This document shows, piece after piece, positions 54,297 through 61,700 of a stretch of 64,000 nt of DNA. Each line of letters opens with the position of its first letter. Position 1 is the stretch's first letter. The position numbers were made by a program, and so were the translations under genes. Under the pieces are notes generated by a model. The model made no database searches. It was given only the letters and a program-made list of their open reading frames with translations, and was not told the origin of the DNA. Origin of the DNA: Planctomycetota bacterium (lineage in GTDB: Bacteria; Planctomycetota; UBA1135; UBA2386); assembly GCA_965228735.1 (NCBI GenBank), contig OZ245838.1:5920001-5984000 (forward strand). Reading direction: 5' to 3'.

Positions 54297-56399
54297 TCAG
54301 CGCCGGTGGCCACGATGGCCGCCGAAGCGACCCGTGCGGCCACGTTCGAAGCCATCGCGGTTGCCGCCATCACGCCCGTCGTCGCGCGTGATGAACAGGT
54401 GCGGATCGCGTTGGTCGCGCGTGCGCACACGTTCGGCGAACTGCTGCGCCACACTGCTGTCGATCAGGAACGTGCTGCCGTGCGAGTCCATCTCGATCGA
54501 GCCGACCATGCGGTTGTCGACCCCGCCGCGTCGGCACACGTGCGCGAGAATGCGGCGCGGATTGGCTCCGCCGCGGAAGCCCCAGTTGATGCGGAACCGC
54601 GTGAATCCCGCGGTGTCGCGAGGATCGATTCCCCGACGGGGATGCTCGGTCTCGCGTTGTGCGAACGGCACGCGTTCGGGGCGGTCGGCCTTGTTGCGCC
54701 GCGGCCGCTCGGTCGGCGCCGGGCTCTCGTCGAGCTCGAACGGCGCGCGCGTCGTCGCCATGCGCTGACGCAGCATCACCGCGACGACCTCGGTCGGGTC
54801 GCGGTCACCGAGCACGTCACGCGCAGCGGCCGTGAGGTTCGGGTGGATGCCGTGGCCGCCGTCGATCTCCTTCTGCACGGCGGCCTTGGCGGCCGTCAGC
54901 TTGTGATCGTAGACCGCGTCGCGGCCTGGCACGCTGGCCCAGCGCGGCTCGACGCGCGCCTGCTTGTACAGATACCCGGCCCGGCCGGCCGCGCGCTTTG
55001 GCACGAACATCGCGCTCTGGCCCTTGTTGCCCGCACGCCCCGTGCGGCCGCTGCGGTGCACGTAGGTCGGGCCGTCGATCGGCAGGTGCACGTGCACCAC
55101 GAGCGTCACCGAATCGATGTCGAGCCCGCGCGCCGCGACGTCGGTCGCGATCAGGGTGCGCACCGAACCGCGCTTGAACGCGTCGAGCGTGCGCGTGCGC
55201 TGGCGCTGCGCGAGGTCGCCATTGAGCGGCATCGCGGAGAAGCCGTCGGCGTAGAGCCGGTCGGCGAGCGTGACCGTGTCTTCGCGCGTGCGGACGAAGA
55301 CCAGCGTGCGATCGTCGCCGGCCATGAGCAGCAGGTTGACGAGCGCGGCGTAGTGCTCGCGGCTGCCGATGCGATACGCGATGTGCTCGATGTCCGCGTG
55401 GGCGGCGTCGAGCGCGGTGCCGGCGATCGCGAGCGGGTCGCGCTGGAAGCGATCGGCGAGGTCGCGGACGGCGCGCGGGAACGTTGCCGAGACGAGGTGG
55501 GTACGCCGTTCTTCGGGCACGTGCTCGAGGATGCCGTCGAGCTCGTCCTTGAAGCCGAGGTCGAGCATCTGGTCGGCCTCGTCGAGCACGAGCTGACGCA
55601 CGCTCTCGACGGACAGAGCACCGCTCGACAGGTGATCGAGCAACCGGCCCGGCGTCGCGACGAGCACGTGCGGCCGCCGGCGCAGTCGGGAGATCTCGGC
55701 CTGGACGCTCGTGCCGCCGGTAACGACGTCGCAGCGCACGCCCGGCAGATCCGCGAACAGCCACGTGAGCTCGTCCTTGACCTGGGTCGCGAGCTCGCGG
55801 GTCGGCGCGATGACGAGCGTCGTCGGGCCGAGGCGCGCGTCGTCCTCGACGTTGCCCGCGAGCGCGAAGCCGATCGCGACCGTCTTGCCCGAGCCGGTCT
55901 GCGACGACACGCGCAGATCGCGCCGGCCGTCGTCGGCGTCGGCGATCGCCTGCTGCACTTCCGTCAAGCTCTCGAACCCGCGGCGGATCAGCGCGGGAAC
56001 GAGCGCGGCCGGGGCGTTCTCGATCTCGTTCGGCTCGGGCTCGTCCGTCACCGGACCCTGCGACCAGTCGTCATCCGCGGTGTCGTCGGCGTCGGAGTCG
56101 CTGGCCTCGGGTTCGCTGGCCTCGGGTTCGCTGGCCTCGGGTTCGCTGGCCTCGGGTTCGCTGGCCTCGGGTTCGCTGGCCTCGGGTTCGCTGGCCTCGG
56201 GTTCGCTGGCCTCGGGTTCGCTGGCCTCGGGTTCGCTGGCCTCGGTGCCATCAGCCTGCGGCGATGGCACCTCGGTTCGAAGACCGGCCGATTCAAGGCC
56301 GGCCAATTCAAGGCCAGTCGGTTCGCCGGTGTCGTCGCCGTCGTGGCCGGCGGGGTTGGCAGTGGGCTCGGCCGGTGCCGACGCGGATCCTGGGTACAT
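54297..56399 (-). CDS. DEAD-box RNA helicase (DeaD/CsdA-like) with acidic repeat N-terminus and DbpA-type C-domain
   Basis: Q motif, SQTGSGKT, PTRELA, TPGR, DEAD, SAT, ARGLD, HRSGRTGR. ATG 56399 has GGGGAG upstream; alternative GTG at 56051. Confidence 0.95.
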   Translation of the reverse strand: MYPGSASAPAEPTANPAGHDGDDTGEPTGLELAGLESAGLRTEVPSPQADGTEASEPEASEPEASEPEASEPEASEPEASEPEASEPEASEPEASEPEASDSDADDTADDDWSQGPVTDEPEPNEIENAPAALVPALIRRGFESLTEVQQAIADADDGRRDLRVSSQTGSGKTVAIGFALAGNVEDDARLGPTTLVIAPTRELATQVKDELTWLFADLPGVRCDVVTGGTSVQAEISRLRRRPHVLVATPGRLLDHLSSGALSVESVRQLVLDEADQMLDLGFKDELDGILEHVPEERRTHLVSATFPRAVRDLADRFQRDPLAIAGTALDAAHADIEHIAYRIGSREHYAALVNLLLMAGDDRTLVFVRTREDTVTLADRLYADGFSAMPLNGDLAQRQRTRTLDAFKRGSVRTLIATDVAARGLDIDSVTLVVHVHLPIDGPTYVHRSGRTGRAGNKGQSAMFVPKRAAGRAGYLYKQARVEPRWASVPGRDAVYDHKLTAAKAAVQKEIDGGHGIHPNLTAAARDVLGDRDPTEVVAVMLRQRMATTRAPFELDESPAPTERPRRNKADRPERVPFAQRETEHPRRGIDPRDTAGFTRFRINWGFRGGANPRRILAHVCRRGGVDNRMVGSIEMDSHGSTFLIDSSVAQQFAERVRTRDQRDPHLFITRDDGRDGGNRDGFERGRTGRFGGHRGHRR
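56100..56245. repeat. Perfect 15-bp VNTR, 9 full copies plus a partial
   Basis: GCTGGCCTCGGGTTC x9 (56100-56234) plus 11 bp; reads EPEAS in the helicase frame. Confidence 0.97.
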
Positions 56400-56570
56400 C
56401 CGAACAATTCTCCCCAAAAGCAGGGCGAGCGCAATGCAGCGTTCGCGCGGGCCTGCCGGCCGGGAACACCGGATTCGGTGGTTCTCGGTTCACCGGGCCA
56501 TGTTACCGGCGACTTCGTAGCGGCCCGAAATCGCGACGATTCCCGGTCTCGGCGCCGTATTGCTGGCCCG

Positions 56571-57071
56571 ATGCAGGTCCGGCCCGAAGAAGCCGCGGAC
56601 CGCGCCGCGATCCGCGCGGTGCACGCCGCGGCGTTCCCGACCGACGCCGAGGCCGGGCTCGTCGATCGTTTGCGAGTGAACGGCCGGCTGACCATCGGGC
56701 TCGTCGCGGCGGTCGACGACGCGATCGTCGGCCACGTCGCGTTCAGTCCGGTGTCGGTCGCGGGCCGGTCGACGGGTGGACTCGGCCTCGCGCCGCTGGC
56801 CGTGCTGCCATCCCAGCAACGGCATGGCGTCGGGTCGCAGCTCGTTCGAGCCGGCCTCGCGAAGTGCCATGAACTCGGCGCTCCGTTCGTCGTGCTCCTG
56901 GGGCACCCGGAGTACTACCCGCGATTCGGGTTCCGCGTCGCGTCGACGTTCGGCCTCGACAACGAGTACGGCGCGACCGACTCGTTCTTCGCGATCGAAC
57001 TGCAGCCCGGCGGCGTTCCGCCCGGCGGCGGCATGGTCCGCTACGCGCCGGAGTTCGCGGAGCCCGGGTAA
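56571..57071 (+). CDS. GNAT N-acetyltransferase, YhbS-like
   Basis: EAGLVDRLR, VGHVAFS, LAPLAVLP..Q..GVG, VLLGHPEYYPRFGF. Confidence 0.93.
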   Translation: MQVRPEEAADRAAIRAVHAAAFPTDAEAGLVDRLRVNGRLTIGLVAAVDDAIVGHVAFSPVSVAGRSTGGLGLAPLAVLPSQQRHGVGSQLVRAGLAKCHELGAPFVVLLGHPEYYPRFGFRVASTFGLDNEYGATDSFFAIELQPGGVPPGGGMVRYAPEFAEPG

Positions 57072-57218
57072 CCGTACGCGAGCCGAACGCGGCGGCGGCT
57101 CATCGCATCCTGCGGTGGCCGCGACGTTCCTGTCGTGACCGCTCAGAACCGAAGCGGCGCTCCGAAGCAGCGCGGCGAGGTCCTCGGCAAGTTTGCTCCC
57201 GAAGCGGACGACCTTGCT

Positions 57219-58367
57219 TCAGAAGTGAACGTACGCGTTCGGGTTGCTCAACGCGATCGTGCCACTCGAATCGAGCACGGCGCCTTGCCAGGTGATCTGG
57301 ATGCCGATGACCCAGTTGGCGTTCGGTACCGGGTAGCCTCCGGTGACGCTCGGAGCTCCCCCGATCGCGTGAACCGAGAAGCCCGGCTCGAGCCAAGCCG
57401 AATCGAGAGTCACGGGAAGCGCGTAGGGCGCGGCCGCGAAGCCGACGCATAACGCGCCGGTGTCCGTCCCCGCGACGGCGAGCGTCGCCGAAGCCGTTCC
57501 GCCGCGGAATTGTGTCGCGGCGTCGAGGCGAGGAATCATGCGCGTGGTCACCGCGATCCCTGGGCCGTACGCCTGAGTCGCAACCGCGGAGAAGCTCGTG
57601 CTCGGATCGACGATGGCCGTGCCGGTGCCCCAGACCGCTGGACTCGGCGGCGCCATGAACATCGTTGCGCCGACGACCTCGGTATCGCTCGACATCACGA
57701 ACACTCCGCCGTGCATGTCGACGAGTCCCGGAACGCCGAACCCGTTGTGCTCCATTCGGCAATCGCTGACGTGGACCAGGCCGCCGGTCTGATCGAAGAC
57801 CTCCCACGGGCTCCGCAGGAGGCAGCCGGTCAGCGTGAGGTTCGATTGCTCGACCTCGATGGTCGGGTACGAGATCTGGCCGGGGCGAATGCAGCAGTTG
57901 CGGAGGAAGATCCGGTCGCAGGATCGGGCATATAGCGCGCCGGCCCAGTAGTTGATCGTCGGATCCGTGACGCACGAATCGAACACGATGGTGCCGGCGC
58001 AGTCCTCGCAATCGAGTCGGCCGGGGTAGGTCGTTTGCGTCCACGAGATTCGGCGCAGTGAGACGAACTGGTCGGTGCCGAGGTCGGCAATCCGGATCGT
58101 CGGGCTGGTCGCGTTCTCGACGAGAACCCCGGCTCGCCCGATCAAGGTCAAGCTCTTCCCGACGATCTCGAAGCCGGTGTACGTCCCGGACTCGATGATC
58201 AGGGTTGCGCCATCGGGGACAGCGGTGACTGCGGCTGCGATCGACGTGAAATCGGTGCCGGGGCCGTTGTTGATGTCGACCCGGAACACCTGAGCCTCGG
58301 CGCTGGCGAGCAGGGTGAACAGGGCCGTCAGGGTTGCCACGAACGAACGAGATGTTGCGGTGATCAT
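57219..58367 (-). CDS. Secreted parallel beta-helix-like protein with the shared C-terminal domain
   Basis: Signal AEA-Q; VD...GPGTDFTSIAAAV...GTY beta-helix cap; C-terminus VPN...IGIQITWQGAVLD...LSNP. Confidence 0.82.
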   Translation of the reverse strand: MITATSRSFVATLTALFTLLASAEAQVFRVDINNGPGTDFTSIAAAVTAVPDGATLIIESGTYTGFEIVGKSLTLIGRAGVLVENATSPTIRIADLGTDQFVSLRRISWTQTTYPGRLDCEDCAGTIVFDSCVTDPTINYWAGALYARSCDRIFLRNCCIRPGQISYPTIEVEQSNLTLTGCLLRSPWEVFDQTGGLVHVSDCRMEHNGFGVPGLVDMHGGVFVMSSDTEVVGATMFMAPPSPAVWGTGTAIVDPSTSFSAVATQAYGPGIAVTTRMIPRLDAATQFRGGTASATLAVAGTDTGALCVGFAAAPYALPVTLDSAWLEPGFSVHAIGGAPSVTGGYPVPNANWVIGIQITWQGAVLDSSGTIALSNPNAYVHF

Positions 58368-58512
58368 GATCGCGGCAGATCCTAACCCCGCGGTCCGGTT
58401 CGGTGCCGCCGCCCGGCCTCGCAGAGCGGGCGCGGTGGCATGATCGCATGCAGAAGGTCATGTTCGCGTCTGCTTGCAGGCCCGACGCGGGGCCGAAGCC
58501 TAGAATGTGGTC

Positions 58513-58809
58513 ATGAGGAAGGTCCCCTTGATTGGCCTCTCGTTGATCGCCGGCGCCGCGCTGCTCCTGGCAGCGACCATGCAGGAGGCGACCGCGAATC
58601 GGCGGGTCGCGAAGACCTACGGCGATCGGATCGCGCCGTTGATCGGCCAGCGATTCAATCGTTCGTCGCCGCGGGGAACGATGCGTCAGCATGCCGACGG
58701 GTACCTGAAACTGGTGGCGGTCGGAGTCGACTACGTGGAGTTCGAGTCCGAACAGGGGATCGACCTCTACCCGCTGGGTGAGTGCTTCTTCATCCGGCTC
58801 GCGAAGTGA
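58513..58809 (+). CDS. Small exported or membrane-anchored hypothetical protein
   Basis: MRK + hydrophobic stretch, then a short beta-rich domain (LVAVGVDYVEF); TAGAAT 6 nt upstream. Confidence 0.7.
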   Translation: MRKVPLIGLSLIAGAALLLAATMQEATANRRVAKTYGDRIAPLIGQRFNRSSPRGTMRQHADGYLKLVAVGVDYVEFESEQGIDLYPLGECFFIRLAK

Positions 58810-59099
58810 TCGATGCAGCGCGCGACGTGAGACAACCCGATCGTTCGTCCAGCGTGCCCCACGACTCAGGGGCGTGCGGCAGGCGCCAGCTCGAGCGTCG
58901 CGCCGACCGAGACGACCACACGCATGACATCAGTATCCTGGCTGTCTGCAAACGCTGATCAGCTCGAGCCAGCCCTGCCACCGACGAGCGGCAGCTGGGC
59001 GTCGGTGGCCGCCGCCTCGTCGAACTGACGCCGCGGCTTACGGCTTTTCGGACTTTGGCCGCGAATCCGAGGACGCGCTATCGCTACCCGGTGAGCATC

Positions 59100-61601
59100 A
59101 TGGCAGTTCTCCCCTTCGCCGTTCGTCGTCTGCTCGTGCTCGCACTGTTGACCGTCGCCGCCGAGGCACAGCACGTCGCCTGGGCCTGGGTTCGGCCGCA
59201 GGGCCAGGGCAGCGCGTTCATCCCCAGCGCGCCCTACCAGTTCACGTCCAGCGGCGGCATCGTCACGGTGCAGCGCGACGCCGTGCAGCAGAACCGGTTC
59301 CGCGTCGTCTTCGCCGGCATGGCGCCGGCCACCGGTGTCGTGCAAGCGTGTGCCCATGGCGGCAACCACACGGTCGTGGTGAACACCTGGTTCGCTGCCG
59401 GCAACGACGTGCAGACCTGGATCGAATGCTTCGCTCCCGACGGCAGTCCGGCCAACGACGCGGCGTTCGTCGTGAGCTTCCGACGCGGTGAGCCGCCGTA
59501 TCGCCGCGACGTGTACTTCTGGGCCGATCAGCCGACGGCGTCGTCGTACTTTCCGAGCGGTCCGTACGCGCACGGCGGGGCGATGATCGACCGGCTCGGC
59601 ACCGGTCTGTACCGCGCGACCGTGCCGGGCTTCGCTCCGCTGGACTCCGAGCTCGGCAACGTGCAGGTCACGCCGTTCAGCGCAAGTCTCCTGCGAGCCC
59701 GCGTGCTGAGCTGGACGTCGTCGGGGTCCGACCTGCAGATCATCGTGCAGTGCCAGAACGCGAGCGGGGCACCGACCGATGGCCGCTTCGTCCTGAGCTA
59801 TCAGGAGCACGCCGCGCCGATCCCGCCCGAGCTCGGATCCGGTGCCCACGTCTGGGCGGAGCAGCCGACCGTTGCCAGCTACGCGCCGGATCCGGCCTAC
59901 ACGGACAGCAACGGGACGGCCGGTCGCCGCGATGCCGAACGCGTCGACCGGCTCGGCGTCGGTCGGTATCGCGTCCACCTGCCTGATCAGGTGCCGGCCG
60001 ATCGTTCGATGGCGCACGTATCCCCGCAGGGGCTCGGTTCGACGAGCGTGGCAATCGATCGCTGGATCAGCGACGGTCAGACGGGCACGTTCGTCTTCGT
60101 CGACACGTTCGACGACGACGGCAACCCCGCAGACGCGCGCTTCAACCTGCTCTATCTCACGAACCGGCCGACGCACCAGATCGCGTGGGCGCTCGTCGAC
60201 CCCGCCGGTCAGGGCCAGACGTGGACCCCGGACCCGTCGTTCTCGTACTGCTCGTCGGGCGAGCAGATCACGATCTCGCGTTCGGCCGTTGCCAACAACC
60301 AGCTGACGGTCCGGCTCGCCGGCTTCGCCGCGCCGTTCGGAGTGACCCATGTCACGCCGGTGGGCGGCAACCACGTCGTGGTCTCCAAGGGGGGGATCGT
60401 CACGGCCGGTGAGAGCTTCGAGCGATTCGAGGTCCTCGACCCCGCGGGCAACCCGCTCCCGATCACCGACCAGGCGTTCACCATTCTCTTTCGGGCCCAC
60501 GGCGACCCGGCGCGGCGCGAAGCCGCTCTCTGGGCGAGTGACATCCAGTCCCCGAGCTATCAGCCGACGGTCTACTGGAACGGCGACCGCGGCGTCCCGA
60601 CGGTCACGCGGACGGCGCTCGGCCAATACGCGGTGCGCTTGCCGGGGCTCGGCAATCTGTTCGGAGCGCACCTCGGTCACGTTCAGGCGCACGGGGCCGG
60701 TCTGCTGATACCGCCGACGCCGCCGGGCCGCGCTGTCGTTCGAACGTGGACTCACTCGGTCGGGGACGTCGTTGCCCAGGTCCGCACGTACGACATGGCG
60801 GGCGCGCCCGCCGACCGAGCGTTCGCGTTGAGCTACCAGGAGCGCGCGGCGCCGATCCCGGCAGTCATGGGAACCGGCGCCCACGTCTGGGCCGACCAGC
60901 CGCACGCGGCGAGCTACGTTCCGCCAGCCGCCTACACCGACAGCAACGGCACCTACGGTCCGACCAATGCCGAGATGATCACCCGGCTCGGCCTCGGTCA
61001 CTACCGCGTGCAGTTGCCCAACGTCGCGCCCAGCGCGAGCGCGACGGCGCAGGCTTCCGCCTTCGGCCTCGCGACGCGTCAGGTCGCGATCGAGAGCTGG
61101 GGATCCGATGGCGCGACGGGTACGGCCGTGGTCGTGCGCTGCTTCGACGATGCGGGCAACGCGATCGACGGTCAGTTCACGCTGTCCTACCTGACGGACC
61201 GCTCGGTGCTCGGCGAACCGGCGACCGCGGTGTCGTTCGGGGTCGGCTGCAACGGCCCGGTCCTGCGAGCTGTCAACCGCCCCGTGGCCGGCGGCAGCTG
61301 GCAGATGGATCTGATCGGTGTCCCGCCTACGGTCCAGCTGGCGTTCGTGCTGATCGGGCTGTCCGAGCTGACCCTGCCGCTCGGCCCCCAGGCGCCGGGC
61401 TGCACGCGGTACTCGAGCGGCGAGGCGGTCGTGGCCGTCGTGCCGCCGGTGCCCTCGCCGGCCTATCGGCTGAACGTTCCGCCCGGCCCGACGTTCATCG
61501 GTCTGCCGCTGTTCGTCCAGGGCGCCGCGCTCGTTCCGGGCGTGAACGCGCTCTCGCTCGCGACGAGCAACGGAGTCGCGGGGACGGTCGGCGACAACTG
61601 A
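59100..61601 (+). CDS. Secreted protein with six ~113-aa beta-rich modules and the shared C-terminal domain
   Basis: Signal AEA-Q; repeats A.(V)WA.QP...G.YRV.LP...D..F.L.Y; C-terminus FG.GC...APGC...VP....GLPLFVQG...TSNG. Confidence 0.88.
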   Translation: MAVLPFAVRRLLVLALLTVAAEAQHVAWAWVRPQGQGSAFIPSAPYQFTSSGGIVTVQRDAVQQNRFRVVFAGMAPATGVVQACAHGGNHTVVVNTWFAAGNDVQTWIECFAPDGSPANDAAFVVSFRRGEPPYRRDVYFWADQPTASSYFPSGPYAHGGAMIDRLGTGLYRATVPGFAPLDSELGNVQVTPFSASLLRARVLSWTSSGSDLQIIVQCQNASGAPTDGRFVLSYQEHAAPIPPELGSGAHVWAEQPTVASYAPDPAYTDSNGTAGRRDAERVDRLGVGRYRVHLPDQVPADRSMAHVSPQGLGSTSVAIDRWISDGQTGTFVFVDTFDDDGNPADARFNLLYLTNRPTHQIAWALVDPAGQGQTWTPDPSFSYCSSGEQITISRSAVANNQLTVRLAGFAAPFGVTHVTPVGGNHVVVSKGGIVTAGESFERFEVLDPAGNPLPITDQAFTILFRAHGDPARREAALWASDIQSPSYQPTVYWNGDRGVPTVTRTALGQYAVRLPGLGNLFGAHLGHVQAHGAGLLIPPTPPGRAVVRTWTHSVGDVVAQVRTYDMAGAPADRAFALSYQERAAPIPAVMGTGAHVWADQPHAASYVPPAAYTDSNGTYGPTNAEMITRLGLGHYRVQLPNVAPSASATAQASAFGLATRQVAIESWGSDGATGTAVVVRCFDDAGNAIDGQFTLSYLTDRSVLGEPATAVSFGVGCNGPVLRAVNRPVAGGSWQMDLIGVPPTVQLAFVLIGLSELTLPLGPQAPGCTRYSSGEAVVAVVPPVPSPAYRLNVPPGPTFIGLPLFVQGAALVPGVNALSLATSNGVAGTVGDN

Positions 61602-61700
61602 CGGCGGCGTCAGCGCGACTGGCCGCCGTCCTGTATTCGGGCGCCTGCACGTCGGTCGCCGGACGCGGCTGCTCGACGCCGCAGTCGCGCGTTGCCCCGA

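Noticed and set aside
54216..57071. 951-aa plus-strand ORF with (GLGFA)n repeats
   Set aside because: Antisense shadow of the DEAD-box helicase; only the last 166 aa (GNAT, from 56571) look like a real protein.
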